Origin: a virus
Lineage: Duplodnaviria; Heunggongvirae; Uroviricota; Caudoviricetes
Length of the DNA: 14,631 bases
IMG/VR virus record: IMGVR_UViG_3300018839_000001
Strand: one strand, 5' to 3'
Shown: positions 6,144-13,629 of the stretch, piece after piece
How the letters are laid out: every line of letters starts with the position of its first letter
Position numbering within the stretch: the first letter of the stretch is position 1
The notes under the pieces: generated by a model
What the model was told of the DNA's origin: nothing
The model's database searches: none
The model's input: only the letters and a program-made list of their open reading frames with translations
Program-made: the position numbers and the translations under genes

Positions 6144-7416
6144 AAGCTTTGGTTGTTGCATGTTTTGGTTCTGCGTCAATATCTTTCAAACCACCGCTTT
6201 TATCTTTCTTCTCTTTCTTTGGCTCTTCTTCTTTTTTCTCCGTCTTAGTTTTTACCTCTTTATCTTTAGACTTCTGATCTTTTTTAACGTTTTCCTCTTT
6301 CTTTTGTTCTTTTTTCGGCTCTTCTTTTGGTTTTTCTTCTAATTTCTCTTGCAAGGCAACAAACTCATCAAAATGCGCCATCATTGCATTCAAGCGACCA
6401 AGTATTTTATTCCGTTTTACACTACCCGCTCCTTGATACTTCTCTTTATAGTCGTCTTCGACTTTAACAAGAGCCTTTTCTTTTGACCTCTTACCAAGTG
6501 CATAATTGAAATCTTCCACCCATTTGCCAAAGATTTCAGAAGGTAATTTTTTATCCTTAGCTTTTTTGGCCACCATGAAAACTGTTGGCAATTGAAGCTT
6601 TTTGAACAGTGGATTTGAGATATTTGCAGAATAAGCATAATTAAGCACGTCTTTAAATTCTTTTACAATTGAAGTTAAATCAGAATTTTTCATTTCTGTT
6701 GCGAAATTCAAAATTTTATCCGCGACAAAGCTCTCAATTTTATCTTTATCTTTCATCAGCATGATTGTCTGTAGAATAACCGCTTCATCATCGCTTCTTC
6801 TACGTTGCAACGGAGTAAACTGTGCAACCTCTTCCATAAATGGATGCTTCAATAATTCTTCGATCATAGTTGCATTTTTTGTACCCATTTTCGCACGTGA
6901 TTTTTGTTGTTTTGTCAATGGCGTACCATTATTCCATCTAAAGAATAGCTCTTCAATCTCTTCGTCAGTAGCATCTTCAATTCTTTGGACTGGAATATTA
7001 GTGGTCATGATTTCAGCTTGTACATCTTGAGGCAATTCATCGAAATATTTACCCGCTATTTTAATCTTTTCAATCTTGCCTTTCATTCCCTGTATAAAAA
7101 GGTCTGGAGTTTCTACATGTAAAGGATATGCCTTGTCAGGGTATACTCCTGTTTCGGGATCTCTTACACCTCTAACAAAATTTATAAGGTTAGTGCTACG
7201 CTGTTTACCGTCTAATACATATTCATATTTATCTGCCTTAAAGACTAAGATAGGTGGCATCGCCCATCCAGATGCCGCTGTATGAATAAATAGCGATTTT
7301 TGTAGCTCATCCCATTGACCACTTGGTCTTTGAATTGGATAGTTGAAATTCAACTCTCCACTTTCTGCCATCCTGAATAAATCTTTAATACTCCATGAGG
7401 GGCTAGTTGTTTTCAT
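6142..7416 (-). CDS. DUF262 (ParB/GmrS-like) domain protein with Lys/Glu-rich C-terminal tail
   Basis: YPIQR..QW..LQKSLFIHT, PPI, VLDGKQRS, FFRWNNGTPL are DUF262 motifs (QR, DGxQR, FxxxN). No HNH/DUF1524 motif seen. Start 7416 by SD spacing. Confidence 0.85.
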   Translation of the reverse strand: MKTTSPSWSIKDLFRMAESGELNFNYPIQRPSGQWDELQKSLFIHTAASGWAMPPILVFKADKYEYVLDGKQRSTNLINFVRGVRDPETGVYPDKAYPLHVETPDLFIQGMKGKIEKIKIAGKYFDELPQDVQAEIMTTNIPVQRIEDATDEEIEELFFRWNNGTPLTKQQKSRAKMGTKNATMIEELLKHPFMEEVAQFTPLQRRRSDDEAVILQTIMLMKDKDKIESFVADKILNFATEMKNSDLTSIVKEFKDVLNYAYSANISNPLFKKLQLPTVFMVAKKAKDKKLPSEIFGKWVEDFNYALGKRSKEKALVKVEDDYKEKYQGAGSVKRNKILGRLNAMMAHFDEFVALQEKLEEKPKEEPKKEQKKEENVKKDQKSKDKEVKTKTEKKEEEPKKEKKDKSGGLKDIDAEPKHATTKA

Positions 7417-7475
7417 TCTCATCAATCCTTTTCAATGTTATTTTCGTTTTATGTCCAATTAATAATGTTAAAAAT

Positions 7476-7504
7476 ATTATAACATTATTAATGGATTTTG
7501 TCAA
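7476..7504 (-). promoter_or_regulatory. sigmaA-type promoter P3
   Basis: Perfect TTGACA-N17-TATAAT with TG; the -10 lies within a 35-bp dyad. Confidence 0.9.
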
Positions 7505-7524
7505 AGGATTTTAAAAACAAAAGT

Positions 7525-8160
7525 TTATTCTTCTGGTTTTGCTATCGTAAACATTAAGCCTAATTTTTCACTGGAGTAATCCAGAGTATATTTTAAACCG
7601 TGGTATTCTTTTGATTTGACTGTCTTATTTTTTATAGTGTTATCAGCATCTAAATCAGTAAATAACAACTTCCCTCTATCGCCTTTAGACATATCAGGAT
7701 TAAACACATTCATTAAAACCCCGATAACTCTATAATAATCTTCAAGGTCTTCTGATATATCTCCTCTTTTAATAAGAATCAAATCGTTGATCTCTTTTGA
7801 ATCTTCATCGAAATTTCCCATTAAGGAAAAATTATTATTAAAATTATGATAAAAAATATTTGTTGTTTCTCCTTCTTTTAAAACGGGGTGAATATTCAAC
7901 AGATCATTTCCTAATAAATTTACCGCTTCTTCATTGTAATGCTGTTGAAATTCTTCGGGTGTAAATTCCATTTGATAATGTTCATCTTCTGTTTCGTCAG
8001 TCTCATTAGATACTCTTTCAACAGATGTGTCATTGCTTTTGCTTTCTGTAGATACTTCCTCTTTGTTTGATTTCATTGCATTGCCACTTATCCACGCCAC
8101 TATAAAAATTCCTATTCCAATCGTTAAAGCGACAATGGCTATTTTCTTAAAAAGTCTCAT
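7525..8160 (-). CDS. N-terminally membrane-anchored/secreted protein (211 aa)
   Basis: SD AAGGAGG-N5-ATG at 8160; TM segment IAIVALTIGIGIFIVAWI; acidic Ser-rich linker. Confidence 0.85.
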   Translation of the reverse strand: MRLFKKIAIVALTIGIGIFIVAWISGNAMKSNKEEVSTESKSNDTSVERVSNETDETEDEHYQMEFTPEEFQQHYNEEAVNLLGNDLLNIHPVLKEGETTNIFYHNFNNNFSLMGNFDEDSKEINDLILIKRGDISEDLEDYYRVIGVLMNVFNPDMSKGDRGKLLFTDLDADNTIKNKTVKSKEYHGLKYTLDYSSEKLGLMFTIAKPEE

Positions 8161-8194
8161 GGATTTCCTCCTTATGCGTTGTGAGACTATTATA

Positions 8195-9163
8195 CTATGT
8201 TTTTCCAAATGTTTTAACAATTTTTCTGGATAAATTAAAAAAATTATCTGGTGACATAATAATCTCATCTTCTCCTTGTTTTATTGTAACCTTCCCATCG
8301 ATCATATAGGCACATACTAGACCACAATCATCCTCTTCCTCTTCCCAAATAAATTCTTTTTCACACTCACTATTAGCTATCCATTTGTTCTCACACGGTA
8401 CATTAGCAAAACCTTGGTAACTATCGTTAATTGAAGAGAGAATCATTAAGATTAAATTAATTGCATCCTTCATATTATATATCGACAAAAACTCAAATTC
8501 TGTATGCTCATTCTGGTATCCTGCGCTCAAATTTACTGTATTGACTCCATTCTTAGCGAAAATGCACGCATCAGATGACCTTCCTTTTACACATGAATAA
8601 TTTAAACCAATCTCTTTTGAAATTCTTTCAACAAAATCCCCAACTTCATTACAGCAGAAAGGAAATTCTGATCCTACAACAATATCTCTACTTCCTTGAC
8701 GATCTACAACAATCGCCAAATCAACATTCTTATAAAAAGACTTGTTTATCTTTTCTGCTCCGACAAGACCTACTTCCTCTTCTCTGCTGAATGCAACTTT
8801 AATCGTACCGTTAAAATGCTCTGGAATTTTCTCAATAACTGAAAGGATAATTGCTATTCCTGCTCTATCATCCGCACCTAGAATTGTACGAGAACCGTCA
8901 GGCAACTCTGCGGTAATAATCCCACCCTTATTAACTACCCTCTTCTCTCTTTTTATCCCGTATACGGTATCCATATGAGCTGAGAGCATTACCGTGGCTC
9001 CTTTACCCGTTCCAATTTTTTTTGATGCTAAAAGATTTCCATAAGAATCTTCGAAAACGTCTGTCATTAATTTCTTCAAAATAGGCTTTAAATAGGATCG
9101 TACTGCGGATTCTGCACCTGATGGAGCGTAAATGTTAAGTAATTCAATTAGTCGTTTTTGCAA
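8195..9163 (-). CDS. M20/M28/M42-clan dinuclear metallopeptidase
   Basis: APSG.E, YGNL, LSAHMDTV, LGADDRAG, REEEVG..GA, VVDR, SD and NEHT supply the His/Asp/Glu ligand set. Start TTG 9163 after AGAAGGGA, since the longer ORF crosses a terminator. Confidence 0.9.
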   Translation of the reverse strand: MQKRLIELLNIYAPSGAESAVRSYLKPILKKLMTDVFEDSYGNLLASKKIGTGKGATVMLSAHMDTVYGIKREKRVVNKGGIITAELPDGSRTILGADDRAGIAIILSVIEKIPEHFNGTIKVAFSREEEVGLVGAEKINKSFYKNVDLAIVVDRQGSRDIVVGSEFPFCCNEVGDFVERISKEIGLNYSCVKGRSSDACIFAKNGVNTVNLSAGYQNEHTEFEFLSIYNMKDAINLILMILSSINDSYQGFANVPCENKWIANSECEKEFIWEEEEDDCGLVCAYMIDGKVTIKQGEDEIIMSPDNFFNLSRKIVKTFGKT

Positions 9164-9186
9164 CCAGCCTACATCCCTTCTATATG

Positions 9187-9215
9187 AAAATAAGACAGCA
9201 TAAGCTGTCCTATTT
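9187..9215 (-). terminator. Intrinsic terminator
   Basis: Minus-strand AAATAGGACAGC-TTAT-GCTGTCTTATTTT spanning the 9210 stop. Confidence 0.75.
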
Positions 9216-9476
9216 CGTTTTTGTCTCCCAATATTCATTGAGTTTTTCTCTAAATGATTTTAATGAAGCAATGTTTAATTCTTTTACAAATTTTTCATCA
9301 TCATAAATTGCAAGCTCCCCTTGCCGACTCAAAGCGGCAATAACGTTTCCTGTATTATAACTTTCTAGTTCAGGTAAAAGAAATTCTACATTGTAAAATT
9401 GAAGTGTATCCCCTTCAAGAATATCATACTCTTCCCATTTTAATATTTCGACACCCATAATTGTTTCTAATTCCAT
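9210..9476 (-). CDS. Hypothetical protein (88 aa, acidic)
   Basis: SD AAGGAGGG; complete ORF. Confidence 0.8.
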   Translation of the reverse strand: MELETIMGVEILKWEEYDILEGDTLQFYNVEFLLPELESYNTGNVIAALSRQGELAIYDDEKFVKELNIASLKSFREKLNEYWETKTK

Positions 9477-9490
9477 TATATACCCTCCTT

Positions 9491-9910
9491 TTAAAATCCA
9501 TTCTCTTGCAATACTTGCTCATATGCAGTATCAATTTTTGCCTTCCCATTCTCTAATGCTTTTGCTTCTGCGCTTTCTAGAGCTGTTCTAATTTCTTTTA
9601 GTTTTTCGCCAATAACTTTCTTTTCCATATCTTTTGTTTTTGTCTTTTTGTACTCATTGAGATCATACTTTAGATTTTGATTATTTTCTTCTACTAAATC
9701 TGATGCCTCATCTTTTAAAGCACTTTTTAATTTATCTAAGTCTGATTGAAATGCCTTTTTATAATCTACGCTTGGAGCTTGAATACTTGCTACAGATTTG
9801 CTCTTTAATTGTTCAAACCAATTCGTTGCGGCATATGTTACAGTTCCTCCTACCAAAGCTCCAGCTAATCCGACAGCTAATACAACACTCTTCATCTTTT
9901 TGTTTTTCAT
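9491..9910 (-). CDS. Secreted helical protein with Sec signal peptide
   Basis: MKNKKMKSVVLAVGLAGALVGGTVTYA-AT: basic n-region, hydrophobic core, T-Y-A cleavage site. Own promoter P4. Confidence 0.85.
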   Translation of the reverse strand: MKNKKMKSVVLAVGLAGALVGGTVTYAATNWFEQLKSKSVASIQAPSVDYKKAFQSDLDKLKSALKDEASDLVEENNQNLKYDLNEYKKTKTKDMEKKVIGEKLKEIRTALESAEAKALENGKAKIDTAYEQVLQENGF

Positions 9911-9953
9911 TAATAATTCCCCCTATATAGATTCTCTTCTTTTCTATATATTT

Positions 9954-9982
9954 ATTATATCATTATTAATTAGTTTGGTCAA
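9954..9982 (-). promoter_or_regulatory. sigmaA-type promoter P4
   Basis: TTGACC-N17-TATAAT with TG; nearly identical to P1 from the spacer onward. Confidence 0.85.
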
Positions 9983-10056
9983 CTTAAATTCGCTGTCAAA
10001 ATTATAGATATTTGACCGTAAATCATCTTTCCAATTTTGCCAACGAATTTAAGTTG
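9980..10056. repeat. 77-bp imperfect inverted repeat (24-bp arms, 22/24 matching)
   Basis: CAACTTAAATTCGCTGTCAAAATT (9980-10003) versus AATTTTGCCAACGAATTTAAGTTG (10033-10056), with a 29-nt spacer. Confidence 0.9.
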
Positions 10057-10075
10057 AAAATATAATGGCTAATGA

Positions 10076-10639
10076 TTATTGAATTGCACCATTATTCCTT
10101 AAATTACTCATAAGTTGTGGATTATCATGTTCAACATCATAAAAAAATACTTCATCAACATGCTTTTCAATATCCCAATCTTTTATACTCCATTCATTTG
10201 TTGTGATCAATATTATTTTTCTCGAATTACAATTCTTTATGTCATTTAAAAAATCATTATAATCTTTTTGATTTTTTAGGACTAGTTGAACAGGAAAGTA
10301 TAGAGTAAATGTATTTTCATTACCCTTCAAATCAACCTTAGTATTGCTTCCATAACTATTTATTCTAATCGTCATATCTCCTATTTTGTAACTTATTGTT
10401 GATTTGACTGCATCAGGTAAAAATTTTTTCTTAAAGTCGAAGGCTTGATGTATACGGTACGATATATTGGACATAGAATTTGTTCTTATGATTCCTCTAT
10501 CAAACATTGCATTTAAACAAGAAAGAACTACTCTTGCTTTGGCATTATGATCATACCCTCTCACCAAGAGTATTCTTTTCGTTTCATCTTCTAAAAACTT
10601 TAATATACTATCAATAGCTCTTTCTCTATCTTTCATCAT
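10076..10639 (-). CDS. Hypothetical protein, possibly a degenerate P-loop NTPase fold
   Basis: SD AAGGAG-N4-ATG at 10639. Helix/RILLVRG/loop/helix start, with later KIILITTNE and VDEVFFYD strands. Confidence 0.8.
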   Translation of the reverse strand: MMKDRERAIDSILKFLEDETKRILLVRGYDHNAKARVVLSCLNAMFDRGIIRTNSMSNISYRIHQAFDFKKKFLPDAVKSTISYKIGDMTIRINSYGSNTKVDLKGNENTFTLYFPVQLVLKNQKDYNDFLNDIKNCNSRKIILITTNEWSIKDWDIEKHVDEVFFYDVEHDNPQLMSNLRNNGAIQ

Positions 10640-10664
10640 GAATCTCCTTAATAAAATAAATATT

Positions 10665-10871
10665 TTAAACACATTTGCAAATTGCTTTGAAAAAGTCTAA
10701 ATTATTTCCATGCTGTCCATCATCAAAATCATAAACAATGTTCCCGTTTCGCTTTATAGCATACCTTTGTTTATATTTAACACGATCAACAAAAGAATAT
10801 AGTTCTAACTCTCCCGATGAGTCCGTTAATTCCCAAGCATTTGTACATTCTTTTATATATTTCTCGTCCAT
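10665..10871 (-). CDS. Hypothetical protein (68 aa)
   Basis: TAATG stop-start overlap with the upstream gene. Confidence 0.7.
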   Translation of the reverse strand: MDEKYIKECTNAWELTDSSGELELYSFVDRVKYKQRYAIKRNGNIVYDFDDGQHGNNLDFFKAICKCV

Positions 10872-11428
10872 TACACATACTCGTCCAAACTTTTTTGTTC
10901 TCCAATCAATTCGAAATTTTCTAAAATAAACTGTTCTACTTCATCTCTTGTAACACCATTATGTTCATCAATTCTATGAGTCGCATACATTAACTTTAGA
11001 GGAGAAGCATATCTTGGGTGTTTCTCTTCTACAATTTGCATTACTCTAGACCAATGCTCTCCAAACTTACATTCATAGAATGTATTACTAGCTTTATCGA
11101 TCACTCCGCAACCAGTTTCTCCATGTCCTCTTTTCTGATATTTAAAAACCAAATCTTTAAATCTTTCAGTTTGGAAAATTGCATCAAACATTCCTCTACA
11201 TTCTTTTTCCCAATCCTCAAAAGTTATTGCTTCTACATTTTCATTTATCATATATTGATCTATAGTATCTTCTAGTTCTTTATCTTCTATTGTGCGAAGA
11301 AATTCGTAACAAGCGTATGTTCTTATATCATCAGATTTGTTTTCGATAAAATCTTCAACATATTTTTGTAATAATATTCTTGTCAATCCTATGCCATCAA
11401 CTGTGAATGAAAGTGTTTTTGCATTCAT
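10871..11428 (-). CDS. Hypothetical protein (185 aa); true start may be 11474 with a frameshift
   Basis: Long ORF with phage-like composition. The best SD (AGAAGGG) precedes an out-of-frame ATG at 11474. Confidence 0.75.
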   Translation of the reverse strand: MNAKTLSFTVDGIGLTRILLQKYVEDFIENKSDDIRTYACYEFLRTIEDKELEDTIDQYMINENVEAITFEDWEKECRGMFDAIFQTERFKDLVFKYQKRGHGETGCGVIDKASNTFYECKFGEHWSRVMQIVEEKHPRYASPLKLMYATHRIDEHNGVTRDEVEQFILENFELIGEQKSLDEYV

Positions 11429-11522
11429 CTGTATTAATATCTAACTCTTCAAGTAATTCATTATTATTATCCATTATGACCAACCCTTCTATTTTTAATA
11501 TTTGTAGAAAATCAACCTTTTA

Positions 11523-11762
11523 TCATTCCATAATTAAATCTCTAGCGTATACTTCATGTTTAACTGGCTGAGAAGAGAGAATTTCTTCTTTAGTGTATCC
11601 TCCTGACTCTATAGGATAAATTCCTACAACCTCTGCACCTCTATCAATATAAAATGATACTACATACTTTAAATTTTGATCGATTTCATTTCCATCTAAA
11701 TCTCTTTCTACATCAACTAAAACTGTCTTTCCGTAGCTGTTTTTATACTCCATAATAGACAT
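11523..11762 (-). CDS. Hypothetical protein (79 aa)
   Basis: SD AGAGAGGA; downstream of P5. Confidence 0.75.
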   Translation of the reverse strand: MSIMEYKNSYGKTVLVDVERDLDGNEIDQNLKYVVSFYIDRGAEVVGIYPIESGGYTKEEILSSQPVKHEVYARDLIME

Positions 11763-11805
11763 CCTCTCTTCTCTACAAAATGAATTACTCTTATTTATAC
11801 ATCGA

Positions 11806-11835
11806 ATTATAAAATTTTTGTGATCTTTTTTTCAA
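11806..11835 (-). promoter_or_regulatory. sigmaA-type promoter P5
   Basis: TTGAAA-N18-TATAAT, preceded by AATCTG as in P2 and P6. Confidence 0.7.
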
Positions 11836-11854
11836 CAGATTCGCAATATAAATA

Positions 11855-12121
11855 TTATGATTTCTCTTCATAAATAATTGTATAAACGGTTCTAACGTAG
11901 CCTGTTGTATCTTTTGCATCTGATAATTTTATATCAATGATTTTTACACCCTTCTTATGCAAATCTTGTAGAACATTATTTAAATTAGTCTTTTCAATAT
12001 CAGTCATTACTTGTACCAAACCTTGTTTATTTGATTCTGTTTTGGTTTCATTTACAGGCTGGCCTTGGCAAGCTGATAATAGACATGATGATAACACCAC
12101 GATAGTCAAGATTTTTTTCAT
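11855..12121 (-). CDS. Putative lipoprotein (88 aa)
   Basis: SD AGGAGAG-N6-ATG at 12121; MKKILTIVVLSSCLLSA-C lipobox. Confidence 0.85.
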   Translation of the reverse strand: MKKILTIVVLSSCLLSACQGQPVNETKTESNKQGLVQVMTDIEKTNLNNVLQDLHKKGVKIIDIKLSDAKDTTGYVRTVYTIIYEEKS

Positions 12122-12143
12122 TTTTAACTCTCCTAAGGCATAT

Positions 12144-12713
12144 TTATTTCTTCTCTTCAATTATAAAAGTTGATATACGCTGTGGCTCTCCACCACCCGA
12201 TAAAGTATATTTTAATCCATCTTTTGAAGTTGAGGTATTTCCTCCATTTATTATCCAGTTGTTAAAATTCAGATCATTTAAAACAAGATGATTCCTCTCA
12301 TCCCTTGAGAGTTTTGGGTCTGCAATACCACTTAAAGCCTTTATTAATTCTTGGTATTGACCTAATGCAATTTCATTTAATCTGCCAGATTGGGGAGCTA
12401 AAATGCCAAAAGGTAATATAAAGTTATTTTTCTTATCTGTCTTCGCAGTGATTGTAAAACCATTCCAATCGGCCATATATAAGAATCCTTCATCACTCAG
12501 CTTTTCAATTTTGGGATTTGTGACTTGAATCATCCCATCAGACAAATCACTTAGTTTATTTTCAAATTGCTCTTGAGTCAATCCAGAATTTCTACCAAAG
12601 AAGATATACCAAATGATGAAGATTCCAATAACTCCAATTATCCATTTCCTATGTTTTAGGATTGCTTTCTTGATGTCGGAGGAGGGCGATTCCTCATTTG
12701 ACACTCTTTCCAT
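12144..12713 (-). CDS. N-terminally membrane-anchored protein, paralog of 7525-8160
   Basis: SD AGGAGG; TM segment WIIGVIGIFIIWYIFF; C-terminal similarity to the 7525-8160 product. Confidence 0.85.
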   Translation of the reverse strand: MERVSNEESPSSDIKKAILKHRKWIIGVIGIFIIWYIFFGRNSGLTQEQFENKLSDLSDGMIQVTNPKIEKLSDEGFLYMADWNGFTITAKTDKKNNFILPFGILAPQSGRLNEIALGQYQELIKALSGIADPKLSRDERNHLVLNDLNFNNWIINGGNTSTSKDGLKYTLSGGGEPQRISTFIIEEKK

Positions 12714-12743
12714 TATTTTAATCCTCCTATAACTCTCTATATG

Positions 12744-12965
12744 TTAATCTAACTTTCTGATCTCATTTACGATTGATTCAAAGACACTTATAACTTCCTT
12801 ATTTTCATTGGCATACTTTCTGTCATATGTAGACGGAATGTTAAAAGTTGAAACCATTACATTTAAAAGGTTTGACAGCATCAGTTTCTTTTCTGGTTTA
12901 TTTGCTTTTGCGTACTTTTTTATAAAATCAAGTTCTTCTTTAAAGTTTAACAACAACTCCTTCAT
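12744..12965 (-). CDS. Hypothetical protein (73 aa)
   Basis: Complete ORF; SD GGAGAGG upstream. Confidence 0.75.
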   Translation of the reverse strand: MKELLLNFKEELDFIKKYAKANKPEKKLMLSNLLNVMVSTFNIPSTYDRKYANENKEVISVFESIVNEIRKLD

Positions 12966-13015
12966 ACCATTTCAAATCCTCTCCTGTATGAATTTATTCC
13001 CAACAACTTTTACAA

Positions 13016-13312
13016 TTACCTTAAACAATTTGCCCTGTGCCGCTTTAATAATTCGCTCATTTTAATTTCTCCGCATTCTGTTCCATCGTAATCATAGCAA
13101 TTATATTTAACTTTAAATCCAGAATACTGATCACCTGTAACAGTTGTTTGAACAATGAATATATCAAACATTTCTTTATTATCTATTGTTACATTATAAG
13201 CATTTGTTGCAAACATTACCGCACTATATAGAGACTTAGATACCAGTATTTCTTGCGGCTCTAACTCATCATGAATGCGATCCATATATACTGTATAAGA
13301 AGTAAGATTCAT
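13016..13312 (-). CDS. Hypothetical protein (98 aa)
   Basis: Complete ORF in a co-oriented run; SD-like AAGGAG and AAGG upstream. Confidence 0.75.
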   Translation of the reverse strand: MNLTSYTVYMDRIHDELEPQEILVSKSLYSAVMFATNAYNVTIDNKEMFDIFIVQTTVTGDQYSGFKVKYNCYDYDGTECGEIKMSELLKRHRANCLR

Positions 13313-13344
13313 AAACCTTCTAACTCCTTCCCTGTAAAATGGTA

Positions 13345-13575
13345 TTACACCTCAAGTGTTACTTTAACAGGAATTATTTCAGCAGTTGGATAGTGTTCAT
13401 GAATTAATTCCTTTCTAGTTTGTTGCACCCCTTCAATCACATAACTAAGATATTCATCACTTATAATAAAAGCTTTATCGAATACATCTTCTCTTATTGA
13501 TGGGACAACTCCTGCTGTCCATTGAATCCATTTCGCAAATTTATTGTCGTTCATTTTCACAACATATCTTTTCAT
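13345..13575 (-). CDS. Hypothetical protein (76 aa)
   Basis: SD AAGGAGGAG-N6-ATG. Confidence 0.8.
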   Translation of the reverse strand: MKRYVVKMNDNKFAKWIQWTAGVVPSIREDVFDKAFIISDEYLSYVIEGVQQTRKELIHEHYPTAEIIPVKVTLEV

Positions 13576-13629
13576 AATTATCTCCTCCTTGTTAACTTAT
13601 ATTAAAACACCAATCCAAGTTGTTTTAGA

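Noticed and set aside
1654-6638. Nested minus-strand ORFs 1654-1848 and 6417-6638
   Set aside because: Out-of-frame inside the LAGLIDADG and DUF262 genes, with no SD and no recognisable motifs.
8016-8026. TTTCAACAGAT partial copy of the operator motif
   Set aside because: Inside a coding region with no appropriately spaced -10; probably chance.
8161-9238. Longer N-termini in the ORF track (8268, 9238; likewise 10672, 12160, 5429, 4909)
   Set aside because: The extensions overlap upstream genes or terminators, and strong SD sites point to the downstream starts used here.
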